Below, piece after piece: positions 8,068-17,512 of a stretch of DNA of 45,265 nt (its first letter is position 1; every line of letters begins with the position of its first letter). The notes below the pieces were generated by a model that was given only the letters and a program-made list of their open reading frames with translations, did not search any database and had not been told where the DNA came from. Made by a program: the position numbers and the translations under genes. Origin of the DNA: Candidatus Methylomirabilales bacterium (lineage in GTDB: Bacteria > Methylomirabilota > Methylomirabilia > Methylomirabilales > CSP1-5); the NCBI GenBank assembly GCA_046758505.1, contig JBHIAH010000017.1, positions 1 to 45,265 on the forward strand, given 5' to 3'.

Positions 8068-9393
8068 TTACGCCTCTCGCGCCGTAGCCTTCATGGGAGG
8101 TGGCAGCTCTTCCTTGACCTCGACGATGGAGACCACCGGCAAAAGCTTCGCGAACAGCAGGAACCAGAAAAAGAACCAGGCAAAGCTCCCCAGGGTGATG
8201 CTCAGATCCACCCAGGTCGGGAAGTACAGCCCCCAGGAGTACGGGTTGTACTCGTGGGCCAACGAGCCCACGATGATCACGAATCGCTCCATCCACATCC
8301 CGATGTTGATCAGGATCGCGATGCCGAAGAGCCAGGGGGTGCTGGTCCGGATGCGCTTGACGAAGAAGAGGAGGGGGACCAGGGAGTTGAAGATGATCAT
8401 GATCCAGAACGGGACCGCGTATTCTCCGGTGACCTGAAAGAGGAAGTGCTGCCACTCGGGGACGTTGTTGCTGTACCAGGCGATGTAGGTCTCGACCACG
8501 TACGCGTAGCCCACGATGAGGCCGGTGAGGATGATGAGCTTGGCCAGGTTCTCGAGGTGCGTCTGGGTGAGATACCTGTCGAGGCGGAAGATCCGCCGGA
8601 GTGGGATCAGCAGGGTGATCACCATGGCCAGCCCCGAGTGGATTGCCCCGGCGACGAAGTAGGGAGCAAAGATCGTGCTGTGCCAGCCGGCGACGATGGA
8701 CTGCGCAAAATCCCAGGAGACCACGCTATGGACCGAGATCACCAGGGGGGTCGCCAATGCCGCCAGGAAGAGGTAGGCGGCCTTGTAGTGGCGCCACTGC
8801 CGGTCGGTCCCCTGCCAGCCCTGGGCCAGGAAGGCGTAGAGGCGATGCCGCCACCCGGCCGTCCGATTCCGCACCACGGCCACGTCCGGGACCAGTCCCG
8901 TGAAAAAGAAGAGCATGCTGATAATCATGTAAGTCAAAACTGCAAAGACGTCCCACACCAGGGGGGAGCGGAAGTTGGGCCAGAGGCCCCCCACCTGCGG
9001 GTAGGGGAGGAGCCAGTAGAAGAACCAGGGGCGGCCCAGGTGGATCAGGGGGAACAGGCCGGCCGTGAAGAGGGCAAAGACCGTGACCGCCTCGGCAGTC
9101 CGGTAGACACTGGCCCGCCAGCGGACCCGGAAGAGATAGAGGATGGCGGAAATCAACGTGCCCGAGTGGGCGATCCCCACCCAGAAGACGAAATTGGTGA
9201 TGTAGATGGCCCACATGACCGGGTGGGTGAGCCCGGAGACCCCCATGCCGTGGACGATCTGATATCGCCAGGCGTAGATCCCCCAGGCGAGGACTGCGAT
9301 GTCGGCCAGGAGGACCGCGTAGTAGCGCCACCCGGGGGCTTCCATGGCCTGCAGGATGTCTCGATCGACCTGGCTATAGGTGAGCTGCGACAC
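8068..9393 (-). CDS. actC: Alternative complex III quinol-interacting NrfD/PsrC-family subunit ActC
   Basis: NFVFWVGIAHSGTLISAIL, HLGRPW, NFRSPLVWDVFAV, HSVVSWDFA and WHSTIFAPYFVAGAIHSG. Confidence 0.95.
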   Translation of the reverse strand: MSQLTYSQVDRDILQAMEAPGWRYYAVLLADIAVLAWGIYAWRYQIVHGMGVSGLTHPVMWAIYITNFVFWVGIAHSGTLISAILYLFRVRWRASVYRTAEAVTVFALFTAGLFPLIHLGRPWFFYWLLPYPQVGGLWPNFRSPLVWDVFAVLTYMIISMLFFFTGLVPDVAVVRNRTAGWRHRLYAFLAQGWQGTDRQWRHYKAAYLFLAALATPLVISVHSVVSWDFAQSIVAGWHSTIFAPYFVAGAIHSGLAMVITLLIPLRRIFRLDRYLTQTHLENLAKLIILTGLIVGYAYVVETYIAWYSNNVPEWQHFLFQVTGEYAVPFWIMIIFNSLVPLLFFVKRIRTSTPWLFGIAILINIGMWMERFVIIVGSLAHEYNPYSWGLYFPTWVDLSITLGSFAWFFFWFLLFAKLLPVVSIVEVKEELPPPMKATAREA

Positions 9394-12315
9394 CTATCCC
9401 TCCACGGATCCGGCTGTGATCTTCTTCAGGTAGGTAATCGCGGGTTCGGTGTTCAGGTCCTCGAGGACCCGGTAGCGCCGCGGATCCTTCGCTCGCTTGG
9501 AGACGTCGCTTTCCGCATCCTTGAGATCGCCAAAGACGATGGCCCGCGTGGGGCAGGTCTGGGCGCAGGCGGGGACAATCTCCCCGTCTCGGACGGGGCG
9601 CTCCTCCGCCTTGGCCGCGAGCTTTCCCTGCTCAATCCGCTGCACGCAGAAGGTACACTTCTCCATGATGCCCATCGTCCGGACAGTGACATCCGGGTTG
9701 AGCTGCAGGTGGAGCGGCTCCGGCCACTCCGCCATGAACCAGTTGAACCGGCGGACCTTGTACGGGCAGTTGTTAGAGCAGTACCGGGTGCCGACGCACC
9801 GGTTGTAGACCTGCACGTTGAGGCCTCCCGGATTGTGATAGGTGGCGTACACGGGGCAGACCGGCTCGCATGGGGCATTGTCACATTGCTGACAGAGCAT
9901 GGGGAGGAAGTGGTGTGCGGGTCGGTCGGCCTCTCCGAGGTTCACGCGTTCGACGCGGATCCAGGACATCTCCCGCCCCGCCCCCACCTGCTCCTTCCCC
10001 ATGACCGGAATATTGTTTTCCGCGTAGCAGGCGGTCACACAGGCCCCGCAACCGATGCAGGCATTGAGGTCGATCGTCATGCCCCAGCGGTGGTGGTGAT
10101 GCGGATGCTCCGGATAGATCTGGAGGAAGTGCGGGGGCGCCTTTGCGTGACGACCACTCTGCAGGGTGGCTAGGGGGATGGTTTGGATGATTTCCCGGTC
10201 GTTGGGCCGGTCACTTCCCGATGTTGAGACGAGCGGATGGCGCTTTCCCGTCGGGGTGATGGTCACCCCCGTGGCGATCCAGGGAAGCCCGCCCGAGCGT
10301 TCCTCGGGTTTGGCGGAAAGAAGGGGAATGGGGTTGGCACCCCGCCCGGTCGCGTAGCGGCCGAACGCAGTGTGGCCCTGGCCCACGGGGACCGCGACCG
10401 TCCCAGGGCGCACCCCGCCGGAGAGGTGGGCCGGGAGTTCCACGTGCCCAAGGGGAGATTCGATGCGGAGCAGGTCCCCCTCTTGTACCCCGAGCGGCTT
10501 GGCATCGGCAGGGTGGATTTCGAGCCAGTTATCCCAGACGATCTGCGTCAGGGCATCGGGAAGTTCCTGAAGCCAGGGACGGTTCGCCATTCGCCCGTCG
10601 TAAAAGAATGGAGAGGGATAGGGGATCAGCGTAGGGGAGTCGGTCTCCCCGACAATCTTTGCGGGCTCGAATCGGTAACGAAATGCCGTGGGCTCCAGCC
10701 CGACAGAGCGCGCGCGGCTGGATCGGAAGAGACCGCCGTGCTGCAGTGCCCCGGCCCAGAAGGATTCGAAGTCCTCCGTGGACTTGAGCGTGCGGTGCAG
10801 TGCCTTCCACTCCCCCCTCAGATAGCTGTAGGAATCCTCCCAGGGGAAGCGCTCGTTGAGGCCGATCTGTTTCGCCAGGGACAACAGGACATCCCCGAGG
10901 GCCCGGGTGTCGTAGAGCGGCCGCATGGCCGGCTGCTGCAGCCCGCGCGCCCCCTCCCAGGGTTCGTGGTCGCCCCAGCTCTCGAGGAAGGTATGGTCCG
11001 GCAGGATCAGGTGCGCCGCGTTCGCCGTTTCGTCGAGAAAGCTGGCAAAGCTGACCACCAGGGGAATCTTGGCGAGGGCTTTCCGAAATCGTTCCCCTTC
11101 GGGAAGGGCGAAGACGGGATTTCCCCCGGCGAGCAGCACGAGGGGGATCTCGCCCGCCTCCATCGCCTCTAGGAGGTTCCGCATCTCCCGGTATGTCGAG
11201 ATGTGCCCCGCCGCCGCGGTCGGGCCGAAACGGACTGTCCGGCCCACATTGCCAACCACATAATTGAGGAGGTTGACCGCGAGACACGTTGCTGTCCCGT
11301 TGGAAGTCTTTCCGTCCGCCAGGGCGAGACTCGGGCGGGCCCGGGCAAAGGCGCGGGCCAGCACCTGGACCTGGTCCGCCGATATCCCGGCCCGCTCCGC
11401 CACCGCGGCGGGTGTCCACGGGGCCGCCAGCTTGCGGAGTGCCGCCTCTTCCCGGGCGGGCAGGGACGTTGCCAGCCCCTCGCCAAGGATGACCTGAATC
11501 ATGCCCAGGGCCAGGAAGCCTTCGGTTCCCGGGCGAACGGCAAGCCACTCGTCGGCGTTGGCCCCCGTCAGCGAGAGGCGGGGGCCGATGTACACAAAGC
11601 GCCCCATGCGCCCCTGTCGGTAGGTCCGCATGGAGGCAAATTGCCGCGCGAACTCCACCGGTGAGAGCCACGTCTCCAGAAAGTCGGCTCCGAAGGCAAG
11701 GATCAGTTCTGTCTGCTCGAGGTCGTAAAACGGAATGGCGTCCGTCCCGAAGGCGACGCGGTTCGCCTCCCGGAGCGATTCGTAGCTCACCGCCTCGTAG
11801 CGGAGATGTCGGCCGCCCCCGAAGGCCTCGAGCCATGCCTCGATCAGGTGATCCACGCTTCCGGTGAGGAGGGGGGTGACAAACGCGATCCGATTCCCCT
11901 GCCCCCTGAGCTCCGCCAGGTGAGTGGCGAGGAGCTTTTCCCCTTCCTCCCACGCGATCGGCCGCCATTGGCCGTCCGTTCCCTTCCTCTGGGGCTGCCG
12001 GAGCCGGTCGGGGTTATAGAGCCCCTGGAGGCTGGCCTGTCCACGGGCGCAGAGGCGGCCTCGGTTCACCGGGTGATCCGGGTTCCCCTCGACCTTGATG
12101 GCCCGCCCCTCCATGGTCTTGACCAGCATGCCACAGCCGGCGGGACATTCCCGGCAGACGGTGGCGTACCAGGTGGCCTGGCCCGGGATGATCTCGTCCG
12201 GGGGGACGACATAGGGGATAAGGGTCTCGGGCGGCTGAGCAGAGCACCCGACCATGGCGGCCGTGCCCCCCCCGATCCCGAGGATCTTGAAGAAATCTCG
12301 CCGATTCACCTGCAT
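9394..12315 (-). CDS. actB: Alternative complex III subunit ActB (molybdopterin-oxidoreductase-like B1 domain fused to an Fe-S B2 domain)
   Basis: Tat motif NRRDFFK with lipobox MVGC. B2 cluster motifs CIGCGACVTAC, CQQCDNAPCEPVCP, CVGTRYCSNNCP and CTFC...CAQTCP. Start moved to ATG 12315 (GAGGAG SD). Confidence 0.93.
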   Translation of the reverse strand: MQVNRRDFFKILGIGGGTAAMVGCSAQPPETLIPYVVPPDEIIPGQATWYATVCRECPAGCGMLVKTMEGRAIKVEGNPDHPVNRGRLCARGQASLQGLYNPDRLRQPQRKGTDGQWRPIAWEEGEKLLATHLAELRGQGNRIAFVTPLLTGSVDHLIEAWLEAFGGGRHLRYEAVSYESLREANRVAFGTDAIPFYDLEQTELILAFGADFLETWLSPVEFARQFASMRTYRQGRMGRFVYIGPRLSLTGANADEWLAVRPGTEGFLALGMIQVILGEGLATSLPAREEAALRKLAAPWTPAAVAERAGISADQVQVLARAFARARPSLALADGKTSNGTATCLAVNLLNYVVGNVGRTVRFGPTAAAGHISTYREMRNLLEAMEAGEIPLVLLAGGNPVFALPEGERFRKALAKIPLVVSFASFLDETANAAHLILPDHTFLESWGDHEPWEGARGLQQPAMRPLYDTRALGDVLLSLAKQIGLNERFPWEDSYSYLRGEWKALHRTLKSTEDFESFWAGALQHGGLFRSSRARSVGLEPTAFRYRFEPAKIVGETDSPTLIPYPSPFFYDGRMANRPWLQELPDALTQIVWDNWLEIHPADAKPLGVQEGDLLRIESPLGHVELPAHLSGGVRPGTVAVPVGQGHTAFGRYATGRGANPIPLLSAKPEERSGGLPWIATGVTITPTGKRHPLVSTSGSDRPNDREIIQTIPLATLQSGRHAKAPPHFLQIYPEHPHHHHRWGMTIDLNACIGCGACVTACYAENNIPVMGKEQVGAGREMSWIRVERVNLGEADRPAHHFLPMLCQQCDNAPCEPVCPVYATYHNPGGLNVQVYNRCVGTRYCSNNCPYKVRRFNWFMAEWPEPLHLQLNPDVTVRTMGIMEKCTFCVQRIEQGKLAAKAEERPVRDGEIVPACAQTCPTRAIVFGDLKDAESDVSKRAKDPRRYRVLEDLNTEPAITYLKKITAGSVEG

Positions 12316-12328
12316 TACAAGGCTCCTC

Positions 12329-12401
12329 GTCCGATGTCCAATGTCCAACGTCCGAAGTTCATGGTCCGACTCGGTTCATGGTTCATAGTTCATGGTTCAT
12401 G
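12329..12401. repeat. Tandem heptanucleotide repeat tract (GTCCRAN / GTTCATR) between actA and actB
   Basis: gtccgat gtccaat gtccaac gtccgaa gttcatg gtccgac, then tcg, then gttcatg gttcata gttcatg gttcatg. Confidence 0.85.
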
Positions 12402-12447
12402 GAAGACGCAGCTTGACTACGCTCAACGCTCGACTCTGGGCCTACCT

Positions 12448-12951
12448 CTAGCGGTGACACGTCGCGCAGTCGATGCTCGCTTTCCGCTCCCGATGGCAAG
12501 CCACACAAAAACGCATGGTGAGCGCCTTGGCCTGCTCCATCTGGTCCATGGTCTCGACGGAACCGTGACAACTCTGACACCGGATCTTGGCGCGGATGTG
12601 GGGCCAGTGCTGAAAGAAGACGAAGTCGGGCATCCAGGTCACCTTGGCCCACGGGATCGGCTTTTTCTGATCCCAGTATTGCTTGAGCTTCTTCACCTCC
12701 GCTTTGTTCGCCGCGGTGATCTTGTGGCAGCCCATGCAGCGCGCGACCGAGGGGATGCCGGCAACCGATGACCGCCGGGCGTTCGCATGGCAGTAGAGGC
12801 ACGCGATCTGATTCTGCCCCGCGTGCACCCGGTGACTGAAGGCGATGGGCTGGGCGGGCGCTGCCTGGCGCCCGAAGGCCGGCATCAAAAACCCCACCGC
12901 CCCCACGGCGAACACTCCCGCCGTGATCCCTGCGATCCGGAGACCCCTCAT
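12448..12951 (-). CDS. actA: Alternative complex III pentaheme cytochrome c ActA
   Basis: N-terminal TM, QPIAFSHRVH, and five hemes (CLYCH, CMGCH, CQSCH, CVACH, CATCH); directly upstream of actB. Confidence 0.92.
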   Translation of the reverse strand: MRGLRIAGITAGVFAVGAVGFLMPAFGRQAAPAQPIAFSHRVHAGQNQIACLYCHANARRSSVAGIPSVARCMGCHKITAANKAEVKKLKQYWDQKKPIPWAKVTWMPDFVFFQHWPHIRAKIRCQSCHGSVETMDQMEQAKALTMRFCVACHRERKASIDCATCHR

Positions 12952-12963
12952 GTCGTTTTCAGT

Positions 12964-13344
12964 CTACTTGCCAGACTTCGCCAGTGTTCGGATGTAGGCC
13001 ACGACGTCCCAGATGTCCTGGTCCTTGAGCTGGGAGCCCCAGGGGGGCATGAGCGGAGATTTCCCCACGCTGGCTCCTCCCTCCTTAATGACTTTGAACA
13101 GGTAAGCATCCTTCAGGGAATTCATGTGCTTGGCGTCCGCGAGGTCCTTCGGCTTCGTGGGCAAGGTGGCTGCGGCCGGGCCGTCCCCCTTACCGGTCTC
13201 CCCGTGACACGAGGCACAGAGAGTGCTGAAGCTCTTCTTCCCCGCCTTGGGATCACCCTTTTTGGCCGCGAAACTCGAGGGGGCCAATGCCCCAACCAGC
13301 AAAAGCGCAACAATCGGAGCCACGAACATCTGTAATCTCTTCAA
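12964..13344 (-). CDS. Periplasmic monoheme class I cytochrome c (likely carrier between ACIII and the ba3 oxidase)
   Basis: Signal peptide, CASCH, GKGDGPAA and distal MPPW. Probable TTG start at 13344 after GGAGG. Confidence 0.88.
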   Translation of the reverse strand: MKRLQMFVAPIVALLLVGALAPSSFAAKKGDPKAGKKSFSTLCASCHGETGKGDGPAAATLPTKPKDLADAKHMNSLKDAYLFKVIKEGGASVGKSPLMPPWGSQLKDQDIWDVVAYIRTLAKSGK

Positions 13345-13510
13345 GGCTGCACCTCCATGAGAAAGGTCCTGTAAGTCTTTTTCGATCCTCACGCCTCGTC
13401 CATCTGACGGGGCGCGTCCCCTGGAAATTCCACGTGTCTTCTCACCCTCGATGGGCCGCCCTCCCTGATCCTTGGACTGAGTGCACCTCCCATCGGGGTA
13501 TCACCCCGGC

Positions 13511-15163
13511 CTACCACACCCGGAAGCCCGGCGTGTTGAACGGCGTCGTGGCGATGAGCCGGACCAGGGTTGGACCGTACGCAATGACGATCATCACGCC
13601 AGCCAAGGCGAGCCACGGCCGCCACCGGTCGAGGATCGCCGGCGCATTCTCGGGACCCGACAGTGCCTCGGCGAACGGCACCTCTCCGACCGCCGGCTTG
13701 CGGGATGCCACCACCGTGAGCACGATGTTCGCGAAGTAGAGCATCGCGCTGATGAACAGGATGGTTCCCCCGATTCCCACGAGCGACAGGGCCGAGTGCC
13801 ACTCGGGCTGCAGATAGGGCGAGGCGCCGATCATGGTCCGCCGCGGCATCCCCATGAGTCCGAGGCGATGCTGGGCATTGGAGAAGATCGCCATCCCGAC
13901 GAACCAGAGCCATGCCTGGGCCAGCGCCATCCGCCGGCCCCAGAGCTGCCGCCCGCTGAGCAGCGGAACCAGCCAGTAGGTAATCCCCATAAAGGTCAGG
14001 GTCACGGCCGTTCCCACCGTCAGGTGGAAATGTCCGGGGACCCACGCCGTGTTGTGGACCACCAGGTTCATGGTGAACGACGCGTTGATCAGGCCCCCCA
14101 CGCCGCCAAAGGCAAAGAGGAGCATCGCCAGGACCTGCGCCGCCACGGACGGATCGCCCCAGGGGAGCTTTCCGAACCATGCAAACCACCCCCTGCCTCC
14201 GCGCGCCCGTGCCCCGGTCTCGAGGGAGGCAACGACGCCGAAGAAGGTCAGGAGGCTGGGGAAGAAGACCGCGAACGTGAGGAAGGCGTGAAGCAGCTTC
14301 CACCCCTCCCCGATACCCGGATCGGTGAACTGGTGGTGGAAACCGAGCGGGGTCGAGAGGATGAGGAACAGGATGAACGTGACCCGTGCCAGCGGGTCGC
14401 TGAAGAGCCGTCCCCCGGCCTGGCGTGGGAGGAGCGTGTACCAGGAGAGGTACGCGGGGAGAAGCCAGAAGTACACGATCGGGTGCCCGGTGTACCAGAA
14501 GAGGACCCGCGCCAGGAGTGCGTCGGTCCCCGCGACGAGCCCGAGCGACCACGGGATCAGCATGAAGAGCATCTCGGCCGCCAGTCCCAGCGAGGCGATC
14601 GTCCACATGACAAAGGTGACCAGCGACATGAAGGCGGGCAGCGGCGTGCGGGTCCCGGGATTCCGTGCCCGCCAGCGGCGATACGTCAGCACGAGGTTCA
14701 GGGTCACGAGCCAGGTGGCGACCACGACCACGGTGAGCCCGGTGTAGAAGGTCCAGTGGGCTTTCATCGGGGGGTAAAAGGTGTACAGGACGGTGGCCGC
14801 GTTGCCCAGCAGGGGGATCGCCGCGAGAACAAGTCCCCCCGTCATGAGCCAGAAGGTTGCCCACGCCAGGAGACGGCTCCAGAGCGGCATGCCGAGGGCC
14901 CGGACGGTCATGAACTGCAGAAACCCGGCAATGAAAAATGTCGTCCAGACCAGGACATTGAGCACCCCATGAAGGCTGAGGCCCTGGTAGTACGACTTGA
15001 TCACGGGTGCAAGCCAGGGGTATAGATCGATGCCGGCCTGCTCGAGCGCCTGAAAGAGCCCCAACAGGACGCCGCCAAAGAGCGCGAGGAGCGCGACGAC
15101 GAGGTAGGCGACCGTCAGGCGGTCTTCCGGTCCAAGATCAAGTGCTCTATTTGGGGCGGTCAT
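13511..15163 (-). CDS. cbaA: B-family (ba3-type) heme-copper oxygen reductase subunit I
   Basis: YYQGLSLHGVLNVLVWTT, FWYTGHPIVYFW (His plus cross-link Tyr), GFHHQF, GHFHLTVG and GMPRR. The start overlaps the cbaB stop (ATGA). Confidence 0.95.
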   Translation of the reverse strand: MTAPNRALDLGPEDRLTVAYLVVALLALFGGVLLGLFQALEQAGIDLYPWLAPVIKSYYQGLSLHGVLNVLVWTTFFIAGFLQFMTVRALGMPLWSRLLAWATFWLMTGGLVLAAIPLLGNAATVLYTFYPPMKAHWTFYTGLTVVVVATWLVTLNLVLTYRRWRARNPGTRTPLPAFMSLVTFVMWTIASLGLAAEMLFMLIPWSLGLVAGTDALLARVLFWYTGHPIVYFWLLPAYLSWYTLLPRQAGGRLFSDPLARVTFILFLILSTPLGFHHQFTDPGIGEGWKLLHAFLTFAVFFPSLLTFFGVVASLETGARARGGRGWFAWFGKLPWGDPSVAAQVLAMLLFAFGGVGGLINASFTMNLVVHNTAWVPGHFHLTVGTAVTLTFMGITYWLVPLLSGRQLWGRRMALAQAWLWFVGMAIFSNAQHRLGLMGMPRRTMIGASPYLQPEWHSALSLVGIGGTILFISAMLYFANIVLTVVASRKPAVGEVPFAEALSGPENAPAILDRWRPWLALAGVMIVIAYGPTLVRLIATTPFNTPGFRVW

Positions 15164-15666
15164 GATTTTGAGCCTCCGGGCGCGGGCGGTACGACGATGA
15201 CCTTTCCCCCCATCGTGTGATGTGCGATTCCGCAATACTCGTGACAGAAGAAGGGATATATCCCGGGGCGGTCGAAGCGCGTGGTGGCTCGCGCGACCTG
15301 CCCCGGCAGGATCATCACGTTGACGGTGGACCGGGGGATAAAGAGCCCGTGGACCACGTCCCGGCTGGTGGCCACGAAGGTGACGGTCGAGCCGGCCGGC
15401 ACGCGGATCACGTTCGGGGTGAAGAGCCAGATGCCGGCGACCATCCGGACTTCGTACCGCCCCGGCCCGACCTCGACCACGCCCGGCTGGTCAAATGGGG
15501 CCGTCGTCAGTATCTTGGTGGGATCGACACGCCCCGCGTCCCCCGGCAGGTGCACGTCGGCGCCAAAGGCAAAGACGACCAGCGCCACCAACATGGCGAC
15601 CGGAATGGCAATGCTGGGGAGGATCCACGCAAGCTCGTACAGGTAGACGGTGCTGCCGCGTCTCAT
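15160..15666 (-). CDS. cbaB: ba3-type oxidase subunit II (CuA)
   Basis: One N-terminal TM, DVVHG and CHEYCGIAHHTM CuA ligands. Confidence 0.95.
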   Translation of the reverse strand: MRRGSTVYLYELAWILPSIAIPVAMLVALVVFAFGADVHLPGDAGRVDPTKILTTAPFDQPGVVEVGPGRYEVRMVAGIWLFTPNVIRVPAGSTVTFVATSRDVVHGLFIPRSTVNVMILPGQVARATTRFDRPGIYPFFCHEYCGIAHHTMGGKVIVVPPAPGGSKS

Positions 15667-15672
15667 CGGCCC

Positions 15673-15780
15673 TCACCCTCCCCAGAGTCGCAGGTAGACG
15701 TTGAGCCAGAGCCCAACCAGGATCACCAGGTACACGAGGATAAACGCCAGGGCGCCTTTGGGATGTTCGTTCTCGTCCAT
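15673..15780 (-). CDS. cbaD: ba3-type oxidase small subunit IIa (35 aa; absent from the ORF track)
   Basis: Manual translation MDENEHPKGALAFILVYLVILVGLWLNVYLRLWGG. The PKGAL...W..VY pattern resembles Thermus CbaD; it has a GGAAGG SD and lies directly upstream of cbaB. Confidence 0.85.
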   Translation of the reverse strand: MDENEHPKGALAFILVYLVILVGLWLNVYLRLWGG

Positions 15781-15972
15781 GGTTTCCTTCCCCCTACTCG
15801 AGGATCGCCGCGCGGCTGACGCTGCTCGGCTTCGCGAACGCTACCGGGTGCGGACCGCGCGCGTCAAGGGACATCGGTTGGGAAAACGGAGAAAGCGTGG
15901 ACGACCTGTCCGGGGGACCAGAACGACCGAGACGGTAGCATAACCATAACAAAGAAGTCCTCCCCTGACAAG

Positions 15973-16317
15973 TCACCCAGACGGATTGTCCGGGGTTGTA
16001 GTCTTGATCAGCAATAACAACATCAGCACGGGGGTCTTCGCGGTGACGCTGTGGCGAAGCTGAGCCGGCATATGGACCCACGCGCCGGCTCGGGCTTCCA
16101 GCAAATCATCACCGAGGGTCACATCGGCTTCTCCCTGCAGGATGTGAAGCACGGCCGGCTGCGAGGCGGTATGCTCCGAAAGTTCCTGGCCCGGCGCAAA
16201 ACCGAAGAGGATCACCCTGATGTGCTCATCGCTGTACAGCGTGCGACTGATGATACTGGCCGCCGGGATATCGGGGAGCAGCTCGAATACATTGGGGATA
16301 TAGGTGTATGTGCCCAC
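15973..16317 (-). CDS. Cupin-domain protein
   Basis: FGFAPGQELSEHT...ILQGEA...MPAQLRHSV cupin motifs. Probable GTG start at 16317, just after the rrf2 stop. Confidence 0.85.
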   Translation of the reverse strand: MGTYTYIPNVFELLPDIPAASIISRTLYSDEHIRVILFGFAPGQELSEHTASQPAVLHILQGEADVTLGDDLLEARAGAWVHMPAQLRHSVTAKTPVLMLLLLIKTTTPDNPSG

Positions 16318-16322
16318 GTGTT

Positions 16323-16724
16323 CTACCCGCGTGCAAGATGAGCCAAGGTCTTTCGTTCCAGTCGGGCGACGAGTTGCGGCCTTATCTGACTCCAATCCCG
16401 ATGGAGGGGGCAGGGATCCCTCTCGCCGCATCGGTCTTCCCAGAAGAGGCAACGCGCAAAGAGATCCACCCCCTCGATGCTCTCCAGGATTGCCCGCACG
16501 GCGATCTGGCCGGCCGGCCTGGCCAGGGCGTACCCCCGGTGACGGCCCCGGTGAGATCGCACCAGGCCATGGCCTAAGAGCTTCTGAAAGATCTTGGAGA
16601 GAAATCCTGCCGGGATCCCCAGCGCATCCGCGATCTCCGGTACCGAGCAGACCGTCCCTGCTGGCCGGCGGGCCAGGAAGATCAGGGCCCGAAGCGCGTA
16701 TTCCGTTTCCCGCCGTAGCCGCAT
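16323..16724 (-). CDS. Rrf2-family transcriptional regulator with putative Fe-S ligands
   Basis: EYALRAL...EIA...FLSKIFQKL...GLVRSHRG..GY.LARP winged helix, and a C-terminal CLFWEDRCGERDPCPLH (3 Cys + His). Start moved to ATG 16724. Confidence 0.92.
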   Translation of the reverse strand: MRLRRETEYALRALIFLARRPAGTVCSVPEIADALGIPAGFLSKIFQKLLGHGLVRSHRGRHRGYALARPAGQIAVRAILESIEGVDLFARCLFWEDRCGERDPCPLHRDWSQIRPQLVARLERKTLAHLARG

Positions 16725-17047
16725 GGTCTCAACGGACCTCTTGACTCCACTGGCCTCCGGGTCCGTGGAATCCAGCAAGGGCCATACCAGCAGTGGAGAC
16801 GGACGCTGCGGATCGCTAACTATAGATTTCAGCGCGCTTTGATTTTTGGACTCTCCGCAGCGATGCGCGTCCTGCGGGACAGAAGTGCCTCAGCGTTTTG
16901 TCTGTTCTCAGCCGGAATCGATTCTAACTGATGATTGAGAAAGGGAAGAGAGACGTGGGGCACCGATGTACCAGAGTATGGCCCCCGGTCACGATATGTC
17001 CCATGGCTGGGTTTGCATCTTTTACCTCGCCCCTTCCCGGTTTTCTC

Positions 17048-17512
17048 TCATTGCTGTCCTGGGGACGTGGCCTCAAGTCCCCGAATGAGCGCTTGGTGTT
17101 CAGCCGAAGAAAGGGTGCCTTGTGGGTTGAACGCGGCGTAGTACCACGGGGGCATTTCCCCCTTCCGCACGGCCCGGACCAGCTTCTGTGCCCCCTTCTG
17201 CGACCGGTCCCCCTCCGAGAAGTTCAGAACCTTCCGCCCGTCGTTCACATCGCGCTGAGTGAGCCATGACACGGGGGCGATGTTGGCGTACCACGGCCAG
17301 ACCGTCTTGTTGCTATGGCAGTCATAGCAGGCGCGGGCAGCCAGCTCCTGTGTCTGTCGGCTGTCCCAGGTCGGCTCCGTCCGCACGGGGGGATCCGTGT
17401 GATTGTGCCCGTAGGGGATCGCCTGAATGCCCAACACAAACATGACGACGCCGATCAATACCCGCCGTGCCCGCCTAGACCTCCGGCTGCTCATGTCGTG
17501 CATTCCATCCAT
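17048..17512 (-). CDS. Membrane-anchored monoheme cytochrome c of the Haem_bd family
   Basis: N-terminal TM, then ACYDCHSNKTVWPWYANIAPVSWL, LNFS and EMPPWYY. Start uncertain (17512, 17503 or 17494). Confidence 0.85.
   Translation of the reverse strand: MDGMHDMSSRRSRRARRVLIGVVMFVLGIQAIPYGHNHTDPPVRTEPTWDSRQTQELAARACYDCHSNKTVWPWYANIAPVSWLTQRDVNDGRKVLNFSEGDRSQKGAQKLVRAVRKGEMPPWYYAAFNPQGTLSSAEHQALIRGLEATSPGQQ

Noticed and set aside
8254..10173. Long opposite-strand or alternate-frame ORFs (e.g. 8254-10173, 13481-15025, 20753-22180, 25242-26681, 29480-31996, 43286-44755)
   Set aside because: They are antisense shadows of well-supported genes in high-GC DNA and show no recognisable motifs.
12329..12401. 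CRISPR array
   Set aside because: These are 7-nt tandem units without spacers, and there are no cas genes.
13511..15163. Possible nitric oxide reductase derived from the B family
   Set aside because: The helix VI motif is HPIVY with the cross-linking Tyr, and all His ligands are intact, which fits an O2 reductase.
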